A DNA stretch of 64,000 bases from a bacterium (GTDB taxonomy: Bacteria; Bacillota_I; Bacilli_A; RF39; UBA660), in contig CAVKUP010000001.1 in assembly GCA_963659735.1 (NCBI GenBank), positions 1,166 through 65,165 of the forward strand. Reading direction: 5' to 3'. A program made the position numbers and the translations under genes. The stretch's first letter is position 1. The number at the start of each line of letters is the position of its first letter. The notes under the pieces were generated by a model, which saw only the letters and a list, made by a program, of their open reading frames with translations, made no database searches and was not told the DNA's origin. Positions 10,017-20,148 of the stretch are shown piece by piece.

Positions 10017-10667
10017 ATGAATAGTAAAATTTTACCAAAGGTATTTGGTTGGATGTTTTTAGGTTTATTATTAACTTTTGCGGTTGGATATTATGTTTCT
10101 TTAAATCCAGTTGCTATGTTGAAAATGATTGAAGGTAGTGGACTACTTGCAATTATAATTGTTGAACTTGTTGTTGTAGTTTTTTTAAGTCTAAGAATTC
10201 GACAAATGAGCCCTGTAACTGCTAAGATATGTTTTATGATTTATTCTGTATTAAATGGGTTGACATTTTCTTCAGTATTTCTTTATTATGAAATGTCATC
10301 TATAATATTTGTATTCTTAGTATCGGCTATAATTTTTGGATTGTTTGCGATTATAGGTGCGACAACTAAAATGGATTTGTCAAATATTGGAACATATTTA
10401 TTAATGGCTTTAATTGGTATTATAGTTTGTTCAATTTTGAATATTTTCTTTAAAAGTCAAGGATTTGATTTGGTTATTTCATCTATAACTGTAATTGTAT
10501 TTATTGGATTAACAGCATATGATGTTCAAAGAATTGGAAAAATGGATGATTTAGCTGTTATGAGTGAAGATAATTTAGCTATATTTGGTGCTTTACAATT
10601 ATATTTAGATTTCATTAATATTTTCTTAGAATTATTAAAATTATTTGGAAAAGCAAAAGATAATTAA
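10017..10667 (+). CDS. Bax inhibitor-1/YccA family membrane protein
   Basis: Seven-TM profile; typical BI-1 N- and C-termini. Confidence 0.75.
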   Translation: MNSKILPKVFGWMFLGLLLTFAVGYYVSLNPVAMLKMIEGSGLLAIIIVELVVVVFLSLRIRQMSPVTAKICFMIYSVLNGLTFSSVFLYYEMSSIIFVFLVSAIIFGLFAIIGATTKMDLSNIGTYLLMALIGIIVCSILNIFFKSQGFDLVISSITVIVFIGLTAYDVQRIGKMDDLAVMSEDNLAIFGALQLYLDFINIFLELLKLFGKAKDN

Positions 10668-10689
10668 AGGCTATGATTTAAGAGTAGTA

Positions 10690-10885
10690 ATAATTTGATA
10701 AAGTATAGAGAAAAAGTGGTTGGTGAAAACTTTTCTTTATCTGTTATGAACTTACTTATTAGCTTCTTGTGTGATAAGCATAAGACGTTTGACTGCGTTA
10801 CGGTATAGAGATAATAAAAATATTATGAAATAAGGTGGTACCGCGTTATATACGCCCTTATAATTTATAATATTTTTTTATATAA
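10690..10885 (+). promoter_or_regulatory. T-box riboswitch leader (Leu-type by context)
   Basis: Conserved T-box sequence AAGGTGGTACCGCG at 10832-10845, followed by a terminator-like element and a T-run just before the downstream RBS. Confidence 0.75.
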
Positions 10886-10896
10886 TAGGAGGATTT

Positions 10897-11250
10897 ATGA
10901 AGTATTTATTAACATTTTTATTTTGTTTTGTGTTTATTTATTTATTTTATTTTTTCATTGTAATTTTTAGAAAAAAAGGTTTTGAAAAATTTAAAACAAG
11001 TAAACAATTAGATTTTTTTAAGCAAGCTTATAAAATAGATTTTGATAAAGTTAATTTGAAACTATTCGCACATATACTTGCTTTATCAAACGCTTTTATA
11101 ATAGCTTTGACGTGCAGTATTATTGAAATTTTTGATAATTTTTTATTGAAAATGTGTATTGGATTTGTTATTTTATTACCACTTATGCTTTTGGTTTATA
11201 AGTTATTAAGTGTTGTTTTAAAGAAAATGGAGGTTAAAAAAGATGTATGA
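10897..11250 (+). CDS. Small hydrophobic membrane protein between the T-box and leuS
   Basis: Good RBS (AGGAGG). Three predicted TM helices. The stop overlaps the leuS start. Confidence 0.4.
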   Translation: MKYLLTFLFCFVFIYLFYFFIVIFRKKGFEKFKTSKQLDFFKQAYKIDFDKVNLKLFAHILALSNAFIIALTCSIIEIFDNFLLKMCIGFVILLPLMLLVYKLLSVVLKKMEVKKDV

Positions 11251-13630
11251 TATAAAAGAAATAGAAAATAAATGGCAAAAATATTGGGATGATAATAATA
11301 GTTTTGTGGCTAATACTTTAGATGATAAAAGAAAATATTATTTATTGGTAGAATTTCCTTACCCATCTGGTGCGGGTTTACATGTTGGACATGCTAGAAG
11401 TTATACTGCTTTAGATACTGTTGCTAGACAAAAAAGAATGGAAGGATATAATGTTTTATTTCCTATTGGTTGGGATGCTTTTGGTGCTCCTGCTGAACAA
11501 TATGCAATAAAAAATCATATTCATCCTAAAGATGCAGTTAAAGAAAACATAAAAACTTTTAAACAACAAATAAAAGAATTGGGTATTTCTTTTGATTGGA
11601 GTAGGGAATTTTCTACTACTGATCCTGAATATTATAAATGGACTCAATGGCAATTTTTAAAGTTTTATGAAAATGGTATGGCTTATAAGGCTAAGAAAAA
11701 TATTAATTGGTGTCCAAAGTGTAAAACAGGTTTATCTAATGAAGATTCTGCTGGCGGTGTTTGTGAAAGATGTGGTAGTAAGGTTGTTCAAAAGGAAAAA
11801 GAACAATGGATGCTTAGGATGAGTGATTATGCAGAAGATTTAATTACGGGACTTGATGATACTAATTTTAATAAAAGGGTTAAATTAGGACAAATAAATT
11901 GGATTGGTAAATCAACTGGAGCAGAAGTTAATTTTGAATTAAAAGATACTGATGAGGTGTTAAAAGTTTATACAACAAGACCTGATACTATTTTTGGGGC
12001 GACATTTATGGTTATTGCACCAGAACATCCTATTATTGAAAAATTAAAAGATAAAATTAATAATTTAGAGGAAGTTAAAAAATATCAAGAATATGCTTTA
12101 ACTAAAACAGAATTTGAAAGAACTGAACTTGCAAAAGAAAAAACGGGTGTTAAAATTGATGGTATTAAAGCAATAAATCCTTTTAGTAGTAAAGAAATTG
12201 AAATTTGGGCTTCTGATTATGTTATGATGAATTATGGTACGGGTGCAATTATGGCAGTTCCCGCACACGATGAACGTGATTATGAATTTGCTAAAAAGTT
12301 TAATATTGATATTATTCCTGTAATTGAAGGTGATAATCTTCCTTATACAGGTGATGGAAAATATATTAATTCTTCATTTTTAAATGGTATGGAAAATAAA
12401 AATGATGCTATTAATAAAATGATTGAAGAGATTGAAAAAAAACATATTGGTAATAGTAAGGTTAACTATCGTTTACAAGATTGGGTATTTTCTAGACAAA
12501 GATTTTGGGGAGAACCTATCCCACTTGTTTACTGTGAACATTGTGGTTGGGTAGCCGTTCCTTATGAAAAATTACCTGTATTACTTCCTGATGTTGCTAA
12601 TTATGAACCTACTGAGGATGGTGAAAGTCCACTTGCTGGAATCGATGAATGGGTAAATACTACTTGTCCTAAATGTGGAGGACACGCTAGAAGAGAAACT
12701 GATACAATGCCAAACTGGGCTGGTTCTTCATGGTATTTCTTAAGATATATGGATGCTCATAATGATAAAGAATTTGTTTCAAAAGAAGCATTAAATTATT
12801 GGGGTAAAGTTGATTGGTATGATGGTGGTATGGAGCACACAGCTCGTCATTTACTTTACGCTAGATTCTGGAATCAATTTTTATATAATATTAATCTTGT
12901 TCCTAATAAAGAACCAATTGATATAAGAACTTCACATGGAATGATTCTAGGACCTGATGGTGAAAAGATGAGTAAATCAAAGGGTAATGTAATTAATCCT
13001 CATGATATGGTCGAAGAGTATGGTGCAGATGCATTAAGACTTTATGAAATGTTTATTGGAGATTATGAAAAGGATGCAGCTTGGAGTACAAATAGTTTAA
13101 AAGGGTGTAAAAGATTTTTAGATAGAGTATGGAAAATTGGCGAAAGATTAAATAATAATGAAGGATATAGTAATGAAGCTTTAGCTCATAAAACTATAAA
13201 GAAAGTTACTAATGATATTAAATCTATGAAGTTTAATACGGCTATATCTTCTTTAATGATTCTTATGAATGAGTATGATAGTATGGAAAGTATTACTAAA
13301 GATGATTTAAGAGTTTTAGTTCATTTATTAAATCCATTCGCTCCTCATATTACTGAAGAGATTAATGATAAATATAAATTAGGTAATGTTTTATGTGAAA
13401 GTACTTGGCCTAGTTATGATGAGGAAAAAACAGTTGATCAAAGTTATGAACTTATTTTTCAAGTAAATGGTAAAGTTAGAGGCAAGGCTAATGTAGGCAT
13501 TGATACTACTAAAGAAAAGATGGAACAATTAGCTTTAGAAAATGAAAATGTTAGGAAGTTTACCGAAGACAAAAATATTGTAAAAGTTATCGTTATTCCA
13601 AATAGATTGGTTAATATTGTTGTAAAATGA
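11243..13630 (+). CDS. leuS: Leucyl-tRNA synthetase
   Basis: HVGHARSYT (HIGH) and KMSKSKGN (KMSKS) motifs; class Ia editing domain. Confidence 0.95.
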   Translation: MYDIKEIENKWQKYWDDNNSFVANTLDDKRKYYLLVEFPYPSGAGLHVGHARSYTALDTVARQKRMEGYNVLFPIGWDAFGAPAEQYAIKNHIHPKDAVKENIKTFKQQIKELGISFDWSREFSTTDPEYYKWTQWQFLKFYENGMAYKAKKNINWCPKCKTGLSNEDSAGGVCERCGSKVVQKEKEQWMLRMSDYAEDLITGLDDTNFNKRVKLGQINWIGKSTGAEVNFELKDTDEVLKVYTTRPDTIFGATFMVIAPEHPIIEKLKDKINNLEEVKKYQEYALTKTEFERTELAKEKTGVKIDGIKAINPFSSKEIEIWASDYVMMNYGTGAIMAVPAHDERDYEFAKKFNIDIIPVIEGDNLPYTGDGKYINSSFLNGMENKNDAINKMIEEIEKKHIGNSKVNYRLQDWVFSRQRFWGEPIPLVYCEHCGWVAVPYEKLPVLLPDVANYEPTEDGESPLAGIDEWVNTTCPKCGGHARRETDTMPNWAGSSWYFLRYMDAHNDKEFVSKEALNYWGKVDWYDGGMEHTARHLLYARFWNQFLYNINLVPNKEPIDIRTSHGMILGPDGEKMSKSKGNVINPHDMVEEYGADALRLYEMFIGDYEKDAAWSTNSLKGCKRFLDRVWKIGERLNNNEGYSNEALAHKTIKKVTNDIKSMKFNTAISSLMILMNEYDSMESITKDDLRVLVHLLNPFAPHITEEINDKYKLGNVLCESTWPSYDEEKTVDQSYELIFQVNGKVRGKANVGIDTTKEKMEQLALENENVRKFTEDKNIVKVIVIPNRLVNIVVK

Positions 13631-14289
13631 TTGACTTAAAGACTAATATTTGTATATTAAATCTTCCTTCAAAATTGGAATATAAATTAGTATCTTTAGG
13701 ACTTACTAAGCTTGGCTATGTTTTAAATTGTTTACCTGATGAATTATTAGCTTTAGGATTTGATTTTAATGAAGTTAATTTAATCGAAAGTGCATTAATA
13801 AAAAATAATATCGATCTTAGTGAATGTGATTTATTTAAATTTAATTTTGATGATTATCAAGAAGAACTTATTTTTAATCATAAAAGTTATTTTAAGGGAA
13901 GTAAGTTTGATATGTTAAGATACACTGATAATATTAATGTTGTTAATAAATTATATTATTTATATAAGTATTTACATGATGATTTAGATGTTTGTGATAA
14001 GCTTAAATTAAATAATTTTCTTTTGAGGCATAAAGGTATGACAATTTCAGAATTTCTTCAACTTGATGGTGAAGGTGAAGATGCTGTTGATCTTATTTGT
14101 AATATATTGGGTATGCCTTTAAGCAGTAATTTGGAATATACTGAAAAAAATAATAGAAAAAACGATATATTAAGTTATAATTATATTAACAGTGCTACAT
14201 TAGAATTATATAAAGATATGGCTTTAAAATCTACAGGGCACGATAAAGGCAATAACAACCATAAAGTGCTGGTATTTACAAACAAATAA
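13627..14289 (+). CDS. Hypothetical protein translationally coupled to leuS
   Basis: 4-nt overlap with leuS. No recognisable family. Confidence 0.35.
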   Translation: MIDLKTNICILNLPSKLEYKLVSLGLTKLGYVLNCLPDELLALGFDFNEVNLIESALIKNNIDLSECDLFKFNFDDYQEELIFNHKSYFKGSKFDMLRYTDNINVVNKLYYLYKYLHDDLDVCDKLKLNNFLLRHKGMTISEFLQLDGEGEDAVDLICNILGMPLSSNLEYTEKNNRKNDILSYNYINSATLELYKDMALKSTGHDKGNNNHKVLVFTNK

Positions 14290-14294
14290 AATTA

Positions 14295-14515
14295 TGATAT
14301 TATCTATTTAAATTGATGGTGAAAAATTTTAGTAGTTTTAAAAACTGGTAATAAGAAAGTTAGTGTTTGATGAAAACTAACCAGGGTTTTTAAAATGAAA
14401 TACAAATTTGGAGTCAAGTCGGTTAATCACCGTTATCTGATGAAAGAGCATATTAATACTATGAAATAAGGTGGTACCGCGAGCAATTCGTCCTTATAAT
14501 TCATGGTATTTTTTT
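14295..14515 (+). promoter_or_regulatory. T-box riboswitch leader (Tyr-type by context, candidate UAC specifier near 14401)
   Basis: AAGGTGGTACCGCG at 14468-14481. Terminator/antiterminator region ends in a T-run before the AGGAGG RBS. Confidence 0.75.
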
Positions 14516-14528
14516 AAGGAGGAATTAT

Positions 14529-15185
14529 ATGGAAATTGGAAAGTATATTGATCATACAAATTTAAAGATGGATGCTAAAGAAGAAGATATTACTAAATTA
14601 TGTAAAGAAGCTATTGATTATGGATTTGAAACTGTATGTGTTAATCCTTATTATGTTCCTTTAGCAGCTGATTTGCTTAAGGATAGTAATGTTGGAGTTT
14701 GTTGTGTTGTTGGTTTTCCACTTGGTATGAATACACCTAAGGTTAAATCATATGAGGCCATTGAAGCTATTGAAAATGGTGCGGATGAAATTGATATGGT
14801 TATTAATGTTGGAGCTTTAAAGGATAAAGACTATGGTTATGTTAAGAAAGAAATTGAAGAAGTTAGAGATAATATAGATGGTAAGACTTTAAAAGTTATT
14901 ATTGAAACTTCTTTATTAAAAAAAGAAGAAATTATTAAAATGACTGAAATTTGTAATGAAACTTATGTTAATTTTATTAAAACTAACACAGGTTTTGGTA
15001 AAAGAGGTGTTTCGGTTGAAGATGTAAAAATAATTCATGAACACAAGTCTGAAGTTTTAGAAATAAAAGCTAGTGGAGGCATTGAAACATTTAAACAAAT
15101 GACTGATTTGATTGATGCTGGTGCGAGTAGAATTGGATGTAGTAAAAGTGTTCAAATTATTAAAAACATGGAGGTTAAATTATGA
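14529..15185 (+). CDS. deoC: Deoxyribose-phosphate aldolase
   Basis: DHTNLK, VCVNPYYV, VVGFPLG and IKASGGI motifs of class I DERA. Confidence 0.85.
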   Translation: MEIGKYIDHTNLKMDAKEEDITKLCKEAIDYGFETVCVNPYYVPLAADLLKDSNVGVCCVVGFPLGMNTPKVKSYEAIEAIENGADEIDMVINVGALKDKDYGYVKKEIEEVRDNIDGKTLKVIIETSLLKKEEIIKMTEICNETYVNFIKTNTGFGKRGVSVEDVKIIHEHKSEVLEIKASGGIETFKQMTDLIDAGASRIGCSKSVQIIKNMEVKL

Positions 15186-16408
15186 AATTGTATGATGAAT
15201 TAAAATGGCGTGGACTTATTAAAGATGAAGCTGGAGATGATTTAGAAAAAAAATTAAATGAAGGTGGTATGACATTTTATATCGGAACAGATCCTACTGC
15301 TGATAGTCTTCATCTAGGACATTTATCTTCATTTTTAATTAGTAAAAGATTAGAAAAGGCAGGGCATCGGCCTATTTTATTAATCGGTGGAGCGACGGGT
15401 AGAATAGGCGATCCTAGACCAACTGAAGAAAGACCAATGAAAAGTGTTGAAGAAATTGAGTCTAATTTTAAAGCGTTGAAAAAACAAGTAACTGATTTAT
15501 TTGGATTTGATGTTGTTAATAATTATGATTGGTGTAAAGACATTAATTTTATTGATTTTTTAAGAGATTATGGTAAGTATTTTAATGTAAATTATATGCT
15601 TGATAAAGATATTATCAGAAGAAGATTAGATAGTGGTATTACTTTTACTGAGTTTTCTTATATGATTATGCAAGCTTTAGATTTTCTACATTTATATGAA
15701 ACTAAAAATTGTGTTATGCAATGTGCTGGCTCTGATCAATGGGGAAATATTACGGCTGGTATTGATTTGATTAGAAAAAAAACAGGTAAGGAAGTTTATG
15801 GATTTACTATGCCTTTAGTTACAGATAAAAATGGTAAAAAATTTGGCAAAAGTGAAGGTAACGCATTTTGGCTTGATAAAAATAAAACTTCTAGTTATGA
15901 AATTTATCAATATTTAGTTAATAGTGATGATGAGAAAGTAATTGATTATCTTAAAATATTTACATTTTTAACTAAAGAAGAAATTGAAGATATTGAAAGA
16001 AAGCATGAAGAAAAGCCTGAGGAAAGGCTTGCTCAAAAAACTTTAGCTATGGAAGTTATTACATTTTTACATGGAAAAGAAGAAGCTGATAATGCTAAAA
16101 AAATGAGTGAAGCATTATTTACTGGTAGAGTTAAAGATTTATCTAAAAATGAAATTAATAATATTTTTAAAGATGTTCCTAGGTTTGAATGTTTTGATGG
16201 AGAAAATATTATTGATCTTTTGGTAAATAGTAAAATATGTCAAAGCAAAAGAGAAGCTAGAGAATTTGTAAATGCTGGTAGTATTACAATAAATGAAGAA
16301 AAAATCACTAGTGAAAATTATGTAGTAAAATGCGATATGGCTATTGATGGTGATATTGTTGTTCTAAGAAGAGGTAAAAAGAAGTATTTTGTTGGTAAAA
16401 TTGGATAA
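15182..16408 (+). CDS. tyrS: Tyrosyl-tRNA synthetase
   Basis: HLGH (HIGH) and KFGKS (KMSKS) motifs; C-terminal S4 domain. 4-nt overlap with deoC. Confidence 0.95.
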   Translation: MKLYDELKWRGLIKDEAGDDLEKKLNEGGMTFYIGTDPTADSLHLGHLSSFLISKRLEKAGHRPILLIGGATGRIGDPRPTEERPMKSVEEIESNFKALKKQVTDLFGFDVVNNYDWCKDINFIDFLRDYGKYFNVNYMLDKDIIRRRLDSGITFTEFSYMIMQALDFLHLYETKNCVMQCAGSDQWGNITAGIDLIRKKTGKEVYGFTMPLVTDKNGKKFGKSEGNAFWLDKNKTSSYEIYQYLVNSDDEKVIDYLKIFTFLTKEEIEDIERKHEEKPEERLAQKTLAMEVITFLHGKEEADNAKKMSEALFTGRVKDLSKNEINNIFKDVPRFECFDGENIIDLLVNSKICQSKREAREFVNAGSITINEEKITSENYVVKCDMAIDGDIVVLRRGKKKYFVGKIG

Positions 16409-16440
16409 TAAAACCAAGAGGTTTAATCTCTTGGTTTTTA
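16409..16440. terminator. Bidirectional rho-independent terminator between convergent tyrS and a small minus-strand gene
   Basis: ccaagag-gtttaat-ctcttgg hairpin flanked by an A-run and a T-run. Confidence 0.75.
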
Positions 16441-16680
16441 CATCATTTGATAATTTGAACTGTTATAAGTACTATAATTATTTTTATTAATTATATTTTC
16501 TAGTCTGGTAATTCTTTGTTCTAAATTATTAATTTGATTGTTAATACTACTTAAATCATTAGCCATATAATTATTTCCTGGCATTGGTATCATTTGACCT
16601 GGCATTACTACACCCCCATAATTTGGAACCATTTGAGGATAAATAGGGTAAGCCATATTACAATCGCGATCTTTTTTCAA
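16438..16680 (-). CDS. Small hypothetical protein (Pro/Met/Asn-rich N-terminus, coiled-coil centre)
   Basis: 80-aa ORF between the tyrS terminator and the divergent trmB promoter region. Confidence 0.35.
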   Translation of the reverse strand: MKKDRDCNMAYPIYPQMVPNYGGVVMPGQMIPMPGNNYMANDLSSINNQINNLEQRITRLENIINKNNYSTYNSSNYQMM

Positions 16681-16758
16681 GTTAATTAACTCCTTTCAAT
16701 TTAATTATATGCTTTTGTTTATTTATGGTGATTATGTTATAATGTTAGAGGTGATAAA

Positions 16759-17400
16759 ATGCGATTAAAAAACATAAAAGGTGCGAAGGAAAAAATAAAT
16801 AAATCTAATTACATTATTCAAAATCCTGAAGAATATAAAGGGAAATTTAAAACACTATTTCAAAATAATAATCCAATTCATTTAGAAATTGGAATGGGAA
16901 AAGGTGATTTTATCATAGGTATGGCTATAAAATATCCTAATATTAATTTTATTGGTATAGAAAAATTTGATAGTGTTATTTTAAGAGCAACAGAAAAATT
17001 AGAAATGTTTGATTTAAAAAATTTAAAATTAATTAGATTTGATGCAACTGGGATAGAAAATATTTTTGATAAAGAAATAGATACAATATATTTAAATTTT
17101 TCTGATCCATGGCCTAAAAATAGGCATGAAGACAGAAGGCTTACAAGTGAGAAATTTTTAAAGCGATATGATTTAATATTTAAAGAAAATTATCATATAA
17201 TTCAAAAAACTGATAATAGAAAATTATTTGAATTTTCATTAAAATCTTATGTTGATTATAATTATAAAATAAGAAATATATCTTTAAATCTTCATGAAGA
17301 TGATTTTGATAATGTTGAAACAGAATATGAAAAACGTTTTGTTTCATTAGGGTTTCCTATTTATATGGTTGATGTGTACAAAACTTTACATGTAAAATAA
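16759..17400 (+). CDS. trmB: tRNA (guanine-N7)-methyltransferase
   Basis: HLEIGMGKGDF SAM-binding motif; TrmB length and architecture. Confidence 0.85.
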   Translation: MRLKNIKGAKEKINKSNYIIQNPEEYKGKFKTLFQNNNPIHLEIGMGKGDFIIGMAIKYPNINFIGIEKFDSVILRATEKLEMFDLKNLKLIRFDATGIENIFDKEIDTIYLNFSDPWPKNRHEDRRLTSEKFLKRYDLIFKENYHIIQKTDNRKLFEFSLKSYVDYNYKIRNISLNLHEDDFDNVETEYEKRFVSLGFPIYMVDVYKTLHVK

Positions 17401-17457
17401 AATTTTGTTTTGAAAAATGGGAAAAAATGTTATAATTTATAGTAAGCAGGTGTGTAT

Positions 17458-18057
17458 ATGAAGAAAAAAATTCTTTTAGGACTTATGACACTACTTCTAA
17501 CAGGCTGTAGTATTGTTAGAATTGATACAACTAAGATTGATAATATAGTTAATGTTGTTCTATCAAAGGAAAATACTTTATATAACCGTGTGGGAAGAGG
17601 ATATAAATATTACGTTCCAAGAGGCGTAACTTATATCGACAGTAGTGGTTCTAATGATAAGTTATATTCTAATGGCATTTATTATTACTTATATTTAGAT
17701 GAGATAAGTTATTATTATAAAAAGTCTGTTAATTATAAGGTTGATAATAGCAAATATTATTCAAGAAAAATTAATAATAAAGGAAATGTGGGATATTTAG
17801 AAATAACAAAGCAAAATGATTTATATTTAATTGTATTTGTATATAATTATGCTAAAATAGAAGCATTAGTACCTAAGGATGATATTAATGATACTGTTTT
17901 AAATAGTTCATACATTTTATCGACAATAAAATACAATAGTAAGATTGTAAAATTATCATTGGAAGACAATTTTTTAACTAATAAAGAGGAAAAATATAAT
18001 GTATTTAGTTCTAAAAAAGAAAATGAAAGTAGCTTTTTACGTTATGAGGAAAAGTAG
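17458..18057 (+). CDS. Putative lipoprotein
   Basis: MKKKILLGLMTLLLTGCS contains an L-T-G-C lipobox. Confidence 0.55.
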   Translation: MKKKILLGLMTLLLTGCSIVRIDTTKIDNIVNVVLSKENTLYNRVGRGYKYYVPRGVTYIDSSGSNDKLYSNGIYYYLYLDEISYYYKKSVNYKVDNSKYYSRKINNKGNVGYLEITKQNDLYLIVFVYNYAKIEALVPKDDINDTVLNSSYILSTIKYNSKIVKLSLEDNFLTNKEEKYNVFSSKKENESSFLRYEEK

Positions 18058-18069
18058 AGGTGTATAAAG

Positions 18070-18798
18070 ATGGGATTATTAGATAAATTTAAAAATTTAT
18101 TTACTGAAGAAGTAGAAGAACCAATAGAAAAGGAAGAAATTCAAAAAGAGGTTATAAGTGTTGAAATACCTTCACCTAAAGTTACACGTTCTGAAATTCA
18201 TGAAACAAAAGAAATAGAAAGTGAAGAAAATATTCAAGAAAGCGAGCATAAATTTCCTTTTTTTGATGATAATGATTTTGATACAATAGATGTTAAACCA
18301 AGGAAAAAAGAGGAGAAAAAAATTCAACCTAAAGAAGTTTATAATCCACCTAGGGAAGAAAAAAAATCTTTTAGACCTTCTCCAATAATTTCACCTGTTT
18401 ATGGTATTATTGATAAAGGTTATCAAAAAGATGAAACGTCTTCTAAGGGGGAAGTTCGTTCTTCATATTATAGTGCGAAAGAAGCAAATGTAGATGCGAT
18501 AAGGAATAAAGCATATGGTGGATTAGAATCAGACATTGAAACTACTTTATTCGGTGGTAATAGGGTATTATTTGATGAAAAAGAAGGTGATACTAAGCAG
18601 GCTGATGAGGATTTTTCTTCAAAGACTTTGGATGAAAAACCAAGACATTCAAATCCTAAAGAAAATGATTTAACTGATCTTTTAGAAGAGGAAATGGAAA
18701 AGCCCGCACAAGATGAGGAAAAAAAACAACCTAGAAAAATAAGTGATGAAGAATTATTTAGTTTAATTGATTCAATGTATGAGAAGGAGAATAAATAA
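18070..18798 (+). CDS. Acidic hypothetical protein
   Basis: Highly charged with low-complexity segments. No family recognised. Confidence 0.35.
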   Translation: MGLLDKFKNLFTEEVEEPIEKEEIQKEVISVEIPSPKVTRSEIHETKEIESEENIQESEHKFPFFDDNDFDTIDVKPRKKEEKKIQPKEVYNPPREEKKSFRPSPIISPVYGIIDKGYQKDETSSKGEVRSSYYSAKEANVDAIRNKAYGGLESDIETTLFGGNRVLFDEKEGDTKQADEDFSSKTLDEKPRHSNPKENDLTDLLEEEMEKPAQDEEKKQPRKISDEELFSLIDSMYEKENK

Positions 18799-19088
18799 TG
18801 ACATTAACATTAGCCGATACATATTCACTAATATTTTATACATTATTAATTGTATTAGTGATTGCATTAATTATTTTAGTTATCAACGCTATCAAAACGT
18901 TAGATAAAGTTGATAAATTTGTCGATGATATTAGTATGAAATCTAATAAATTGAATGGATTTTTTTCTATTATCGACAGTACTACTGATGCTGTTGTTGG
19001 ATTCAGTGATAGTATAGTTGGATTTTTTTCGACAGCAATTGGTAAAATTCTTAAAAGAAAGAGAGGAAAAGAAAGTGAAGAAGAGTAA
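18798..19088 (+). CDS. Small membrane protein
   Basis: One N-terminal TM helix. ATGA overlap with the upstream ORF. Confidence 0.35.
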   Translation: MTLTLADTYSLIFYTLLIVLVIALIILVINAIKTLDKVDKFVDDISMKSNKLNGFFSIIDSTTDAVVGFSDSIVGFFSTAIGKILKRKRGKESEEE

Positions 19089-19482
19089 TGGAATTGCAAA
19101 ATTTGCATTAGGTGCTGGTGTAGGAGCAGCTTTAGGTTTATTATTCGCACCTAAAAATGGTAAAGAAACAAGAGAAGATCTTAAGAAAATGTTAGATGAT
19201 TTAGTAATGAAAGTAAAAAATATTTCAGCAGATGATGTTAAAGAAACTGTTAATGAAAAAATTGAAGAAATAAAAGAGGGTTTAGCTAATTTAGATAAAG
19301 AAACAGTTTTAGCTGAGGCTAAAAAACAAGCAAAAAAATTACAAGAAGCTGCAGAAGAATTAGTTAACTATACAATTGAAAAAGGAACTCCAGTTGTTGA
19401 AAAATCAGCAAATGCTGTAAAGAAAAAAGTTATTGAAGTATCAAAAAGTGTCATTGCTAAATTAGAAAAAGAAAGTAAATAA
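19075..19482 (+). CDS. YtxH-like (DUF948) protein
   Basis: GAGVGAALGLLFAPKNGKETREDLKK is the YtxH signature. The likely start is the GTG at 19075; the track ORF began further upstream at 19018. Confidence 0.6.
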   Translation: MKKSNGIAKFALGAGVGAALGLLFAPKNGKETREDLKKMLDDLVMKVKNISADDVKETVNEKIEEIKEGLANLDKETVLAEAKKQAKKLQEAAEELVNYTIEKGTPVVEKSANAVKKKVIEVSKSVIAKLEKESK

Positions 19483-19507
19483 TCACATATGTGATTATTT
19501 TTTCAAA

Positions 19508-20086
19508 ATGAAAAGTAAAATAATGTTAAAAACTTTTTTCAAGGTAATGATTGGAGATAAAAAAGCGGTACAATGTGTAATTCCTAAAGCTTATTTTAAT
19601 AGTGTATGTGATATTGATTATAAAAAATTAAAAGAAAAAGGCATAACTTGTTTGTTATTTGATATTGATGGAACAATTGCTAAGGTTGATGATTTAAATA
19701 TTTCTTATGAAATAAAGCAATTATTTAGCAGTTTAAAAGAGTTTAAAATAATATTAATATCAAATAATGATTCGAAAAGGGTTTTGCCTGTTTCTAAAAC
19801 TTTAAATGTTCCTTCACTTTATTCAGCTAAAAAACCTACACAGCAGGCTTATGAAACTGCATTAAAAATGTTAAAAGTTAAAAAGGAAAATGCATGTATG
19901 ATAGGTGATCAAATATTAACTGATATTTTTGGAGCTAATAATTATGGTATATATTCAATATTAGTAAAGCAAATGTCTAATCAGAATAATTTACATACCA
20001 AAATTGCTCATATTCTTCAATGTTTGATGATAAAAAAATTAAGTAAGAAAAAGTTGTTTGAAAAGAATAAATTTTATATGAATTAA
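19508..20086 (+). CDS. YqeG-family HAD phosphatase (HAD-IIIA)
   Basis: LLFDIDGTIA and MIGDQILTDI motifs, collinear with B. subtilis YqeG. Confidence 0.75.
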   Translation: MKSKIMLKTFFKVMIGDKKAVQCVIPKAYFNSVCDIDYKKLKEKGITCLLFDIDGTIAKVDDLNISYEIKQLFSSLKEFKIILISNNDSKRVLPVSKTLNVPSLYSAKKPTQQAYETALKMLKVKKENACMIGDQILTDIFGANNYGIYSILVKQMSNQNNLHTKIAHILQCLMIKKLSKKKLFEKNKFYMN

Positions 20087-20148
20087 TTGTTTTCTATATA
20101 TCTATTTTATAAAAAATGTTATACTTATATTATGAAGGTAGGAATAAC

